Below are positions 47,795 to 60,100 of a DNA stretch of 64,000 bases, in pieces (positions within the stretch are counted from its first letter, which is position 1; each line of letters opens with the position of its first letter). Source of the DNA: Candidatus Multivoradales bacterium (lineage in GTDB: Bacteria > Acidobacteriota > Thermoanaerobaculia > Multivoradales > J023); assembly GCA_965248925.1 (NCBI GenBank), contig CBDFLE010000006.1:864001-928000 (forward strand), in the 5' to 3' direction. The position numbers and the translations under genes are program-made. Under the pieces are notes generated by a model. It made no database searches, was not told the DNA's origin, and saw only the letters and a list, made by a program, of their open reading frames with translations.

Positions 47795-48805
47795 ATGGAC
47801 TTTGCCGATCCCAAAATTCTGTGGTTGTTGCTGCTCGCCCCGGCGGCGGCGATGCTGGCGGCCTGGCATTGGCGGCGACGGCTGCGGGCCACCGCCGCTT
47901 GGGCCGCCCGCGGCTTGTGGAGTCGCTTGCTGCCCAGCTATCGACCGCGCCGTCTAGCCATCTCCGTAGCCTTGCTGGCAACGGTCCTATTCGGTCTGGC
48001 GATCGCTCTGGCACGGCCCCGCTGGGGAGAGAGCGAAACGCAGGTGGAGCGCCAGGGGGTCGACGTGGTGTTCGTCCTCGACACCTCCCTGTCGATGGCC
48101 ACCCGCGACGTGATGCCGTCGCGATTGTGGGTCGGCCAAACCTTGATTCGCAGCCTGGTGCAAGCGCTGCCGGGGAATCGGGTGGCACTTGTGCAAGCCG
48201 AGGGCGACGGCGTGGTAATGGTGCCCCTGACCCTCGACGCGGCGGTGATCGATCTGCTGCTCGATGCCGTCCAAGCCGGCTCCCTGCCGACCCCTGGCAC
48301 CGAGCTGGCGGCGGCCCTCGACAAAGCCCTGGAACTCTTTCCCGAGGGAGCCGAGAAACACCGCGTGTTGGTGTTGGTCTCGGATGGCGAAGACCACGGC
48401 TCCGATCTCAAGCAGATCGCCGATCGGCTGGGCGACTCCGGCACCGTCTTGCACGCCATCGGCATCGGCACTCCGGAAGGCAAGCCCCTCGAACTGCCGC
48501 CGACCAAAGCCGGGGGGCCGCTGGAGTACAAACGTGACGAAGCCGGCAAAGTGGTAGTCAGTCGCCTCCAGGAAACCAACCTGGAAGCCCTGACCCGAGC
48601 CACCGGCGGGCTTTACTTGCGCGCCACCAGCGCCGCCGCCAACGCCGAGCCCATCGCCAGTCGGATTCTCGACATGGAACGCCGTCGTTTCAGCGCCGAG
48701 ACCATCAGCGCGCTCGAAGAGCGCTACCAATGGCCGCTCAGCCTGAGCATCGTCGCCCTCTGCCTGTTCTTGTTGGTGCCCCCCTTCGCCGGAGACCGAC
48801 GATGA
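47795..48805 (+). CDS. batB: BatB-like VWA domain membrane protein
   Basis: ALARPRWG, DTSLSM, SDGEDH and GIGTPEG. Confidence 0.85.
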   Translation: MDFADPKILWLLLLAPAAAMLAAWHWRRRLRATAAWAARGLWSRLLPSYRPRRLAISVALLATVLFGLAIALARPRWGESETQVERQGVDVVFVLDTSLSMATRDVMPSRLWVGQTLIRSLVQALPGNRVALVQAEGDGVVMVPLTLDAAVIDLLLDAVQAGSLPTPGTELAAALDKALELFPEGAEKHRVLVLVSDGEDHGSDLKQIADRLGDSGTVLHAIGIGTPEGKPLELPPTKAGGPLEYKRDEAGKVVVSRLQETNLEALTRATGGLYLRATSAAANAEPIASRILDMERRRFSAETISALEERYQWPLSLSIVALCLFLLVPPFAGDRR

Positions 48806-49737
48806 ACCGCCGCCAAAGAATCTGGGCCGCAGCCACGCTAGCCTTCTCCCTCGGCTGGCCAGCGACCGCCACCGCGCCGCCAACCGAGGCCGTCGAAGGC
48901 GCCGTCGAGGAGGCCCAAAAGGGCGGCTGGCCAGCCTGGACCGACCGCTGGCTGTTCAACGCTCGCGAACGCACCAGCCGTGGTCGCCAAGCCTGGGCCG
49001 AAGGTCAAGCCGGGGCGGCGGTAGCTCCCTTTGACGAGGCGCAGCGGCTGCAACCCAGCGACCCCAAAGCCCAATTCAATGCCGGCACCGCCAGGCTGGT
49101 GGCCGGCGCCGAAGGCGCTACCGAGTTACTCGAACAAGCAGCCGGGGCCGAAGACAGCCTACGGCCACTGGCCAACTACAACCTGGGCAACGCCCGCTAC
49201 GGTGGCGGCGACCTGCCCGGCGCCATTGAAGCCTACAAGGACGCGCTGCGAGCCGATCCCACCTTCGCCGACGCCAAGCACAATCTGGAATTCGCCCAAC
49301 GCGAGCTGGAAAAGCAACAGCAAGAGAATCAGGACCCGCAGGACCAGGACCAAGATCAACAAGAGCAAGACGATCAGGATCAGCAAGAAAACCAGGACCA
49401 GGATCAGCAAGACCAGCAACAAGATCAAGATCAGCAACAGCAGGACCCAGACCAGCAGGACCCAGAAGACAAAGACCCAGAGCAGCAAGAGCCGCAAAAT
49501 CAGGACGAGCAGCAGCAAGAGCCACCGAGCCAGGACCCGGAACAGAATCAGGACCCTCAGCAGCAGCCACCCGAGCAGCAACAAGACCGCTTGCCGCAAT
49601 TCGAAGACCTGCCCGACATGACTGCCGAAGAAGCCGCCGCGATTCTCGAAGCGGTAGAGAATCAGGAGCGCGAGCGGCGGCGCCAGGAAGCCATCGAAGC
49701 TGCTCGCACCAACGCCCGCGGTAAGAAGGACTGGTGA
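48802..49737 (+). CDS. batC: BatC-like TPR protein with Q/D-rich linker
   Basis: YNLGNA...AYKDALRADP...AKHNLE, Q/D low-complexity tract and C-terminal KKDW. Confidence 0.85.
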   Translation: MNRRQRIWAAATLAFSLGWPATATAPPTEAVEGAVEEAQKGGWPAWTDRWLFNARERTSRGRQAWAEGQAGAAVAPFDEAQRLQPSDPKAQFNAGTARLVAGAEGATELLEQAAGAEDSLRPLANYNLGNARYGGGDLPGAIEAYKDALRADPTFADAKHNLEFAQRELEKQQQENQDPQDQDQDQQEQDDQDQQENQDQDQQDQQQDQDQQQQDPDQQDPEDKDPEQQEPQNQDEQQQEPPSQDPEQNQDPQQQPPEQQQDRLPQFEDLPDMTAEEAAAILEAVENQERERRRQEAIEAARTNARGKKDW

Positions 49738-51500
49738 TGCTGCGGCACCTACTCTCCATCGCCGGTCTCCTGCTACTGCTCGCCAGCGGCCTGCAAGCAC
49801 AAGAATTCAACCCTCGCCTACGCCTATCGGCCGAGGAGATTGGGCTCGACGAGATCCTTCTACTGGAGATCACCATTGAAGGCTCAGCCGGACAGGGCCT
49901 GCATTTCGACGCCACCTTCGAACTCGACAACCTGCGTCTACGCAGCGGTCCTTCTTCGACGACAGCCATGCAGATCGTCAATGGCTCCGCCACCACCAGT
50001 CGCTCCTTGACCTGGCAGCTGATTGCCACAGAGCTTGGCCAGGCGACCATCGGCAAGATCCTGGTGCAGATTGGCAACCAGGAAGTGGCCATCGAGGGTC
50101 GGCAGATCAGCGTGCTCGAGCAAACACCCGGCGGCCGGCGACGGCGCAGCGCCAGAAACGACCCTTTCGCCAGCCTACGTTCAGCCGATCCCTTCGCCGA
50201 CCTGCTGCGCCGCCGACCCCGCCGGCAGCAACGGCCAACCACGCCGCCGAAAATCTCCCTGCACGCCTTCGCCAACCCGCCGCGCCCCTACGTCGGCCAG
50301 CAAGTGATCTACACCCTCTACCTCTACACTCAGGCCAACATCTCCTCGGTGCAAGTGGATGAGTTGCCCGGATTCAAAGGGTTCTGGATGCACGAATTAC
50401 CGCAAGCCGAGACCGAGCCCGACCGGGTAGAACTCCAAGACGAGGTCTACACCCGCGTGCGCTTGCTTGAGCGTGCCATCTTTCCCCGCCGCGCCGGCAG
50501 CTTTGAGATCGAGCCGATCATGTTCACTCTCGAAGCGCAGGTTCCCGAGCGTGGCAGCTTCTCCTTCTTCACCCGCTCAAAGCAGATCCGCCGCCAGTCC
50601 AACGTGGTCAAGATCGAGGTACAACCGCTGCCCGAAGCCCCCGCCGGTTTTGGTGGCGCGGTAGGCCAGCTGCAGCTCACAACCACCCTCGAACCGACCG
50701 AGCTGGAGGTCGGCGAGGCCGCCACCCTGACCGTTGAACTCAGTGGTCAAGGGCACCTGCAGGGCATCGCCACCCCAACTCTGCCGGAGATACCGGGATT
50801 GAAGCTCTTCCCGCCGCAGCAGAAGAGCGGCGAGAGGGTGCGGCGCAAAAAAGTCGTCGGTCGGCGGACCTGGAGCTTCGTGCTGGTCCCCGAGCGTCCC
50901 GGCAGCTGGCAGCTACCGGCGGTCGAGATCCCCTACTTCGATCCTCGCCAAGGCTCCTTTCGCGTCGCCCGCGGCGACGACTTTGAGCTCGAAGTGCGCG
51001 GCAGCCGCAGCCTGGCCCAGGCCAGCGGCGCCACCGTCGACCTGCACCCGATCCGCAGCGCCGCCTTGCCAGCGGTGGCAACAGGCGGCCTCGGCCGCAT
51101 GACGCCGTGGTTGTTCGGCCTCCCCTGGTTGCTCGGCGCGGTGCTGCTACTGCTACGCCGCCAGCGCGGCGGCGGCCACGGCAAGGTGCGCCAAGAGCTA
51201 CGCCGCGCGCTCGATCGCGCCGCCAGCGAAGAACGGCCACGGCAAGCCGCCGCGGCCATCGAACAAGCCTGGAGAGACTTCCTGCAACAACGTTGGCAGA
51301 TCCCTCCCGGCACCCCCAGCACCCAATGGAGTCGCCGACTGAGTGAGCAAGGCGCGGGCGCCAAGCCGGCCCAAGACCTAGTGCAGCTGGCCGATGATCT
51401 GCACTATCTACGTTACGCTCCCAAACTCTCATCGACCGACGAGTTACGCCGCGAGTTGATCGAGCGCTCCCGCCGCCTGCTCCGCGCCCTGGCCGGTTGA
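49734..51500 (+). CDS. batD: BatD-like protein
   Basis: Signal peptide, QIVNG, YVGQQV, GAVGQL, PYFDP and a C-terminal transmembrane segment. Confidence 0.82.
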   Translation: MMLRHLLSIAGLLLLLASGLQAQEFNPRLRLSAEEIGLDEILLLEITIEGSAGQGLHFDATFELDNLRLRSGPSSTTAMQIVNGSATTSRSLTWQLIATELGQATIGKILVQIGNQEVAIEGRQISVLEQTPGGRRRRSARNDPFASLRSADPFADLLRRRPRRQQRPTTPPKISLHAFANPPRPYVGQQVIYTLYLYTQANISSVQVDELPGFKGFWMHELPQAETEPDRVELQDEVYTRVRLLERAIFPRRAGSFEIEPIMFTLEAQVPERGSFSFFTRSKQIRRQSNVVKIEVQPLPEAPAGFGGAVGQLQLTTTLEPTELEVGEAATLTVELSGQGHLQGIATPTLPEIPGLKLFPPQQKSGERVRRKKVVGRRTWSFVLVPERPGSWQLPAVEIPYFDPRQGSFRVARGDDFELEVRGSRSLAQASGATVDLHPIRSAALPAVATGGLGRMTPWLFGLPWLLGAVLLLLRRQRGGGHGKVRQELRRALDRAASEERPRQAAAAIEQAWRDFLQQRWQIPPGTPSTQWSRRLSEQGAGAKPAQDLVQLADDLHYLRYAPKLSSTDELRRELIERSRRLLRALAG

Positions 51501-51524
51501 AGGATCGCTGATGGAAGCACGCCG

Positions 51525-52280
51525 ATGAAAGCCACCGCCGCCACCAGCGCCACCGTCGAACGCCCCTGGCGGCTGTTCGCGCGGCGTTTTTCGATGCTCA
51601 GTGGCGCCCTTTTCCTCGCCCTAGCCCTACTCGCCGCCGACCCGCCGACTAGCGATGGCGCCGACCCCCAAGTCGCCCTGCGCGAAGGCAACCGCCTTTT
51701 TCGCGACGGTCAGCTCGAAGCCGCCGTCGAGACCTACCGCGGCGCCTACCGCCCCGGCATCCTCCACCCCACTCTGGCCTACAACCTGGGCACCGCCCTG
51801 CACCATCTGGATCAGATTCCCGAAGCCATCCTCTGGTACCACCGTGGCGCCGACGCCGACGATCCCTGGTTGCAAGAAAACCTCTGGTTAGCCCGCCGCA
51901 CCCTGGGCAGCCAGGCGGTGCCACCGGGCAATTGGCTAGCCCGCTGGGTACCCTGGGCCAACAGCCTGCGCCTGGCCGCCATCGGCCTCGCCTGGCTCGG
52001 CCTGCTGCTGCTGATCGTCTCCAGTCGCATCCCCTGGTGGACCGCCCTCTCGGTCGGCCTACTCGGCACCGCCCTCTACCTCGGTGCCCACGGCCTCGAC
52101 CGCTGGGGACCCGCCCAAGGCGTGCTGCTCCAGCCCTGCGCCACCGCAGCCGGCGAACTCCCCGCCGGCACCGAAGCCTGGGTACGCCGCCAAGCCGACC
52201 AAAGCTGGGCCGTACTCTCAGGCGGCGCCCGGCTGAACTGCCCCGCCGACGCCATCAAGCTGGTCTTCCCCCGCGGCTGA
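51525..52280 (+). CDS. batE: BatE-like TPR membrane protein
   Basis: EGNRLF, YNLGTA, AILWYHR, two transmembrane helices and an SH3-like tail. Last gene of the operon. Confidence 0.75.
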   Translation: MKATAATSATVERPWRLFARRFSMLSGALFLALALLAADPPTSDGADPQVALREGNRLFRDGQLEAAVETYRGAYRPGILHPTLAYNLGTALHHLDQIPEAILWYHRGADADDPWLQENLWLARRTLGSQAVPPGNWLARWVPWANSLRLAAIGLAWLGLLLLIVSSRIPWWTALSVGLLGTALYLGAHGLDRWGPAQGVLLQPCATAAGELPAGTEAWVRRQADQSWAVLSGGARLNCPADAIKLVFPRG

Positions 52281-52399
52281 ACCCTACCGCCACCATCTTC
52301 GCCCCCAACCAGCGCAACCGCGCCGGCTGCTTTGCGTATATTCTTGTGACAGGGCATGCATCGCTCTACAACACCGGTTATCACCCCAGGAGATCCGCG

Positions 52400-54013
52400 A
52401 TGCTCTCGAGAACAATTTTGCCGTCGCCAAATTGGCGCGGCATCGCCGCCGTTGCTCTAGTAGCTGCTCAGCTGCTGGCACCGGCGGCAGGGGCCAAACG
52501 GTCCAAGAAAGCCGCTTCCACCACCAAATTCGCCGCCCGCAGCGCCGAGGATCTGCTGATCGTCGACTGCCTGCTGCCGCCCAAGCTGCGCCGGCTGGGG
52601 CGACGTAACACCTACCTCGAACCGCGGCGACCGATCCGTGCCACGGCGGTCGAATGCCGCATCCGTGGCGGTGAACACACTGCGCCGGATCAGGCCAGCC
52701 TGGCCACCGCGCTCAAGGTGTGGCTGCCACAAGCTCGCGCCGGCAGTCCCGAGGCGCAGTTCTACACCGGGCAGATTTTCGAGCGCGGGCTGGGCACCGA
52801 GCCCGACTACGCCAGTGCCCTCGAGTGGTACGGCCGCGCTGCCGAGCAGGGCTACGCCCCGGCGCAGATCAATCTCGGCTACCTCTACGAGATCGGTCTC
52901 GGCACTGAGCGCGACGAGCTGGCGGCGCTGAACTTGTATCGCGCCGCCGCCGGCCTGGCCGAAGGCATGGTGATGCTCGGCGAAGCCGACTACGAGGCCT
53001 TGCGCCAGGCTGAGCGGGAACTCGCTGGGCAAAGCCAAGAAGTCGAGGATCTGGAGCGGGAGGTCGACTCTCTGCGACAGCAGATCGAGCGTCTCGAATC
53101 AGAGTCCAGCAGCGAACGCCAGACCGCCACCACGCTGCGCAAGACCCTCGGCCGCTTACAAGCGCAACTGAGCGAGCGCCGCCACCAGGCCAGCGCCAGC
53201 CAGCAACGCATCGCCGAACTGGAGCGCAGTGTGCAGCAAGACCCGCTGAGCCAGCGTTCAATACCTGCCACCAGCGATCTCGATTTTGGCGCCTACCATG
53301 CCCTGGTGGTGGGCAATGGCGCCTACCGGCACCTGCCCGAGCTGACCACCGCCGTTGGCGACGCCGAGAAGGTGGCTGCGCTGCTGCGGCAGAAGTATGG
53401 TTTCGAGGTCGAGCTGCTGACCGATGCCACCCGCTTTGAGACCATGTCGGCCCTCAATCGACTGCGCCAGGAACTGACTCAAGAGGACAACCTGCTGGTG
53501 TTTTATGCCGGCCACGGCTGGCGCGACGAACGCGGCGAGAACGCCTATTGGCAGCCGGTGGATGCCGAGGAGGACAGCCCGGCGAATTGGATTGCCAGCG
53601 CGCTGATCGCCGAACACCTCGACCTGATCCCGGCCAAGCATGTGCTGCTGCTGGCCGACTCGGTGTTCAGCGGCCTCAGAACCCGCTCTTCGGTAGCCCG
53701 CTTGCCCCACGGCATGACCGAGGAGGAACGTCACCACCACCTGCGCCTGATGCTCGATCGGCGCTCGCGGCTGGCCCTGACCTCGGGCGCCCCGCGGCCC
53801 ATCGACTCGGGGGAGAATCCCGCCGGCTCGGTGTTCGCCAAGGCTTTCGTTTCAGCGCTCGAAGAAAACCAAGGAGTGCTCGAAGCCTCGCGCCTCTACT
53901 TCCAGCTCAATGACCGCCTGAGCACCGCCCAGCGCCCAGCGCCCGAGTTCGCCTCGATGCGTTGGACGCGCAATAACGTCGCCGATTTCTTCTTCGTAGC
54001 GCGGGCCAACTAG
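52400..54013 (+). CDS. Secreted SEL1-repeat / coiled-coil / caspase-like (C14) protein, catalytic Cys absent
   Basis: Start MLSRTIL after AGGAG, signal peptide, SEL1 repeats (AQFYTGQIFERGLG, AQINLGYLYEIGLG), and caspase motifs ALVVGNGAY, FYAGHG and ADSVFSG. Confidence 0.85.
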   Translation: MLSRTILPSPNWRGIAAVALVAAQLLAPAAGAKRSKKAASTTKFAARSAEDLLIVDCLLPPKLRRLGRRNTYLEPRRPIRATAVECRIRGGEHTAPDQASLATALKVWLPQARAGSPEAQFYTGQIFERGLGTEPDYASALEWYGRAAEQGYAPAQINLGYLYEIGLGTERDELAALNLYRAAAGLAEGMVMLGEADYEALRQAERELAGQSQEVEDLEREVDSLRQQIERLESESSSERQTATTLRKTLGRLQAQLSERRHQASASQQRIAELERSVQQDPLSQRSIPATSDLDFGAYHALVVGNGAYRHLPELTTAVGDAEKVAALLRQKYGFEVELLTDATRFETMSALNRLRQELTQEDNLLVFYAGHGWRDERGENAYWQPVDAEEDSPANWIASALIAEHLDLIPAKHVLLLADSVFSGLRTRSSVARLPHGMTEEERHHHLRLMLDRRSRLALTSGAPRPIDSGENPAGSVFAKAFVSALEENQGVLEASRLYFQLNDRLSTAQRPAPEFASMRWTRNNVADFFFVARAN

Positions 54014-54140
54014 GAGGCCCTGAGGGACCGGCCGAGGACCGTGCTCCCACCAGTTCCGGTGCAGCCAGGAAAGTCGCAGCACGCGGCAGAAGCTCACCAA
54101 CCAGTTCACTCCAAAGTTCATCACCAGCAGGGATTCTCCA

Positions 54141-57100
54141 ATGCTCGATCTTCTCGCCCCTGGGATTCAACATAGCACCATCACCCGACCAACCTCCGCC
54201 ACCGACAACAGCCGCTGGCTGACCGCTATCGCCACCGCCACCGCGCTACTCGCCAGCCTGGCCGGCAGCGCCGCCGAGGGCCAAACCTACGATCTGCAGT
54301 TCACCCCGATGGGCGGCACCGTCTCAGAAGCCGCCGGCTTCTTGCAGGTGTCGGTATCGCTGATCGGCTGCACCAATCCGCAGGCCAATCTCTCAATCAC
54401 CGCACAAGTGGTAAAACTGCAAAACGAAGCCGAAGCCTCTGATGTCGGCAATCCATCGCCCAGTCCTTTCATCCTCGGCCGAGACAACGCGCTGCAGGTG
54501 ATCACCGTGCCGATTTTCCAAGACAACATCTTGGAAGGGGACGAGCTCTTCAACCTCAGGATCGGCAAGAGCACGCTCGCCGAAATCAGCCTAATGCCTT
54601 GCGACGAGGGCAACCTCAGTCTGGGCAGCGCTACTTACCAAGCCACCTTCACCATCATTGATGACGACCTGCGTCAGGTATCGATCGACGACGTGGTGCT
54701 GGTCGAGGGAGACAGCGGCGCGACCAGCAGCGCGGTCTTCACCGTCACCATGACCCAGCCGACCCAGCTGGCCGCCGACATCGCCGGCCCCTGGACGGTT
54801 ACCTACGCCACCACCGATTCCTCGGCGCGGGTGGCCGATGGTGACTATCAGTCAGCCTCCGGCCAGCTGGCTTTTGGCAGTAACGATCTGACAGCAACCA
54901 TCACCGTGCTGCTCAACGGCGACGATAAATTCGAACCTGATGAGACCTATTTCGTCGACCTGTTGGGGGCCAGTGGCACCGGCGTGCAGATCATCGACAG
55001 CCGGGGCCGTGGCTCGATTAACAACGACGACCCCCAACCGTTGGTGTCGATCGCCGACATCACCCTCAGCGAGGGCGACGCCGGCACCACCAATGCCAAC
55101 CTCACGGTGACCCTGTCCAGCCCGACCGCCAACAACGTCACGGTGCAATACACCACCCTCGATGGCAGTGCCACGGTGGCCAGCGGCGACTATCAAGCGG
55201 CCAGCGGCACGGTGATCTTCGACGCCGACACTGCCCAGCTGACCCGCTCGCTGACCGTGCTGGTCAACGGCGATAACGAACTCGAAGGGGACGAGGAATT
55301 CATCGTCCGACTGACCAGTTCCACCCATGCCGGCATCAGCCTCGCCGACGCCACCGTCACCCTCACCAACGACGATGTCGCGGTGATGCCCGGCATCAGC
55401 ATCGGCGATATGCAGATCGTCGAGGGGGACAGCGGTGAACAGAACCTGGTGTTCACCGTCAACCTGGAGGAGCCCACCACCTTGCCGGTCAGTGTGGACT
55501 ACATCACCGAAAGCCTCACCGCTAGCCCTGGTTCCGACTACAACCCAGAAACCGATAACCTGACCATCCCCCCCGGCAGCCCGAGTGGCGAGATCCTGGT
55601 TCGCGTCTTCGGCGACACCGACATTGAGAGCGACGAGACTTTTGCCGTCAGGCTGTCGAACCCGGTCAACGGCATCTTCCGCTCGGCCGGCGCCAATGTC
55701 GCCATCGGCACCATCCTCAACGACGACAACGCGCCACCCTTCGTCTCGATCGCCGATTTGACAATGAATGAGGGTGACAGCGGCAGCACCGACTTCGTCT
55801 TCATCGTCACCCTTTCTGAAGCTGCCGGCTCGGTGGTCGATGTCAACTGGATGCCCAGCGACGGCAGCGCCATTCGCGGCGAGGACTACACCTCGCCGTT
55901 CGACCGCAAGTTGCCCTTTCCCCCTGGCTCGACTAGCCAGACCCTGACCGTAATGGTGTTCGGCGACACTGACTTCGAGGGCGACGAGACCTTCAATATC
56001 ACCCTGGTCAATCCCACTGGAGTGCAGATTGCCGATGGCGACGCGGTGGGCACGATCCTCAACGACGACAGCCCGATCGTGCCCGACATGTCGATAGAGG
56101 ACTTGGTAGTCGTCGAAGGCAACTCCGGCAGCACCACCGCCGTTTTCAACGTGCTGCTCTCTGAAGCCACTACCGAGCTCATCTCGGCCGATTGGGGCAC
56201 CACCCGCGGCGCCGGCACTGCCACCGAAGACGTGGACTACGGCGTCACCGGCGGCATGGTGACCTTCGATCCGGGCGACGTGGCGAAGACTGTCGAAGTA
56301 GAGATCTTTGGCGATACGACAGTCGAAGACGACGAGACCTTCTTGGTCAAGCTCAGCGACGCGCCGGGCTTCGTCATCGTCGGCGGCAACGCCACCTGCA
56401 CCATTCTCAACGACGACAACGAGCCGCCCTTCGTCTCGATCCTCGACGCCGACTCTGACGAGGGAGACCAAGGAACCACCCGAGTGGAACTCACCGTCAC
56501 TCTTTCAGAAGCCTTGCCGGCAGATTTGTTGATCGGCTACAGCCTGCAACCCAACACCGCCGACGACAGCGATTACCTCGACCCCGGCGCCCAAACCCTG
56601 ACCATCCCCAGCGGCTCGCTGAGTGCCCCGCTGCCGGTCGACATCCGTGGCGACACCGAGATCGAGGAGGATGAGTCCTTCACCGTGATGCTCGACTCGA
56701 TCCCCGCCACCGCCCAACTAGCCGATGGCGAAGGGAGAGTGACGATTCGCAACGACGACCAACTCACCCCGCCGCCAGCGGCCCAGGTGACGATCTCAGA
56801 TCTCACTCTCACCGAGGGCGACCAGGGCACCACCAACGCGGTCTTCACCGTTACCGTCACCAGCAGCGAAGCGCAGACCGTGAGTGTTGACTACACCACT
56901 GAGGACGGCAGCGCCCAGGCCGCCGACCAGGACTACCGGCCCGCCGCCGGCAAGCTGGTGTTCAGCAACGTGGACAGCAGCGCGGCGCAGGCGATCAGCG
57001 TCGAAGTGATCGGTGACCAGCGGCTGGAAGACGACGAAGACTTCTTCGTCCAGCTCTCGGGCGCCGGCCTCGACTTCACCCGCGCCCGCGCTCGCGCCAC

Positions 57101-60100
57101 CCTCAGCAACGACGATCAGGGAGCCCTCCCCGCTCTCTCGATCTCAGATCTGACGCTTGCTGAAGGCGACTCAGGCAACACCAGCATCCAGCTGATGGTC
57201 AGCCTGTCGACCGCCGCCGCTGGGCCGGTGGAGGTGAGCTACGCCACCCGCGACGGCAGCGCCAACGCTCCCGGCGACTACCCTTCGCGTAGCGGGCGCC
57301 TGAGCTTCCCTACCGGCAGCCTGAGCCAGCCGATCGAACTCAGCGCGGTCGGCGATAGCGACGTCGAAATGGACGAGACTTTCTTCGTCGACCTGGCCAA
57401 TCCCAGCGCTGCCACTCTCGCCGACGGCAGCGGTCAGGTGACCCTGACCAACGACGACAGCGGCCCGCTGCCCGAGCTGACCATCGGCGACATGGAGGTG
57501 GTGGAGGGCGACCAGGGCAACACCAACGCGGTGTTCCAGCTCACTCTGTCTACAGCCGGCTCCAGTCCGGTGACGGTGAGTTATGGCACCACCGACGGCA
57601 GTGCCAGCGAGGCCGATGGCGACTACCTGTCGGCCTCCGGCCAGCTGACTTTCGATATTGGCCAAACTAGCCAGGCGATCACCGTGCAGGTGGTCGGCGA
57701 CCGCCGCTTGGAAGGGGACGAGAACTTCTTTGTTGACCTCTCGGCGATCAGCGGCGCCAGCCTGATGGACAGCCGCGGCCGGGGCCGCATCCTCAACGAC
57801 GACCAAGGCCAGCTGCCCTCGTTAACGGTCGCCGACGCCACCCTGCAAGAGGGCGACTCGGGTAGCAGCAACGCTACCTTCCGGATCAGCCTGTCAGCGG
57901 CCGTCAACACTCAAGTAGCGGTCGACATCGCCACCCAAGACGGCAGCGCCAGCACTGCCGACGGCGACTACCAGGCCCTCTCCAGGCGCCTGGTCTTCCA
58001 GCCCGGCCAGCTGCAAATCGATGTGGCGGTGCAGGTCTTCGGCGATGAGCGAGTGGAGAACGACGAGACCTTCACCGTCCTGCTCACCAACCCGGCCGGC
58101 GCCACCTTGTCGGACGATAGCGCTAGCGGCACCATCTTCAACGACGATGCCTTCACCGTGCCGAGCATCAGCATTGCCGACAGGGCGTTGAAAGAGGGTG
58201 ATAGCGGCAGCACCGCAGTCGAACTCAGAGTGCAATTGAGCGCACCCAGCGGCCGGGCCGTGCAGGTCGACTTCGCTACCCGTGACGGCAGCGCCACCGC
58301 CAATGATGACTACCGTCCGACCAGTGGCCGGCTGAACTTCGCTCCTGGCCAGGTGCAGCGGGAGCTCACCGTCGAGGTGCTGGGCGATACCACCGAAGAG
58401 CCCGACGAGAGCTTCTCCATCGTGCTCTCCAATCCCCTCGCCGGCCTGCTCAGCGACGCCACCGGCAGAGTACATATCACCAACGACGACGTCGCCCTAG
58501 GCCGGCTACGCTTGCTACCCCCGGCCAACACCCAGGAGGCCGCCGGTGAGGCGGTGATCGAAGTCGAGCGCTTCGGCCCGCCGGGTCGCGCCGTCGAAGT
58601 GACCGTGACGGCGAGTCCCGGCAGTGCCGAGGACGGTAGCGACTTCGCCGCCCGCGCCCAGGTCCTGTCGTGGCCGGCCGGCGAACTCGGTATCCGCCAA
58701 TTTCGTTTCCCTCTGGTCGACGACAGCATCGAAGAAGGGGACGAGACCATTCGCATCGAACTCTCCAAGCCGGTCGACGCAACCATCGATGAGCCGGGGA
58801 TGATGGAGCTGATAGTGATCGACGACGACACGCCGATGACTATCGAACCGATCAGCGAACCTCAGACCACCGCCACCGTCGGCGACCTGCTAGAGCTGCG
58901 CGCCCGCGTCAGCCGCGAAGATGGCCGGCCAGTGGAGGGAGCTTTGGTCGATTGGTCGATCGCAGGTGAGGCCGAGATCAGCGGCGATCCGACCACCCTC
59001 AGCGACAGCGCTGGCGAGGTCAGCCAGAGCATCAAGATCGGCTCGCGACCGGACCAGATCGTGGTCACCGCGACGGTGCGCGGCACCGAGGCCAGCGCAC
59101 TGTTCGAACTCACCGCCGAAGGCGACTTGGCCGAGGTTACCGGCAACCCCGGCGGCGGCGACGGCGACACCATCGCCGACGTGCTCGACGAGACCTGCCC
59201 CGGCGCCAGCGGCGAACTCGGCGAACTATGCGACTACGTTTTCGATCTCGACAACGTCGACCAGGTGGAGTTGATCGACCAGATCACTCCCGACGACGAA
59301 CTTGAAGCACAGGCCACCGCCACCCTCGACGCACCGCAAGTGCAGCTACGCAACGTACTGGCCCGCTTGAACGCGCTGCGCGGCGGCACCCGCGAGACCA
59401 TCGACCAACTAGCCTTCGACAACCGAGGCCAGGGCCTCAATCCGGCCGCTCTGCGGATCGCCATGACCAGCGGCAGCGACCTCGACCAGCTGCGCCAGCA
59501 GATCGACGCCGCCCTCGTCGCCGGTCAGGGCGAGTTGCTGGCCGAGCCCCGCGGTGGAGCGGCCAGCGCCGACCCGGCCAGCGACCCGTCAACCGAAGAT
59601 GAAAGCCCTTGGGGAGTGTTCGTCAACGGCCGAGTGTCCTTCGGTAAGCGCCCACAACGGGGCCAAGATCCCGGCTTCGACATCGAGGTCCAAGGTCTCA
59701 CCGCTGGCGCCGACTACCGTTTCGGCAAAGGTGTTCTGGGTGCCGCCGTGGGCTTCTTCGCCACCGACAGCCAGTTGGCCCAGGGAGGCGGCTCGCTGAA
59801 AGCCGATGGCTGGGCGCTGTCGGTCTACGCCAGCCACTTCGCTCAGCACTTTTACCTCGACGGCGTGGTGACCTATGGTTGGAGCGACTACGAACTCGAA
59901 CGCAACATCCTGCTACCGCACCCTTTCCGCGGCCAGCGCCGCTTCATCGCCCGCGGCACGCCGGCCGCCAGCCAATTGGCGGCGACCTTGGGGGCGGGTT
60001 ACGACTTCACCCTCAGCAGCACCCGCCTGACCGGCTTCGCCCGGCTTAGTTGGGTCGATGCCGACATCGACGGCTACAGTGAACTCGGCGCCGGCCCTTT

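Noticed and set aside
49310-49590. Q/D-rich tandem repeats and the long antisense ORFs over them
   Set aside because: Normal low-complexity BatC linker. The antisense Leu-rich ORFs are by-products.
43805-52280. moxR-DUF58-VWA-TPR operon as a novel system
   Set aside because: It matches the known Bat (Bacteroides aerotolerance)-type operon organisation.
51932-52399. 156-aa N-terminal extension of the caspase-like ORF
   Set aside because: It overlaps batE in another frame. The start with an RBS and signal peptide is at 52400.
54852-56471. 539-aa ORF on the - strand
   Set aside because: Antisense shadow of the repetitive Calx-beta autotransporter.
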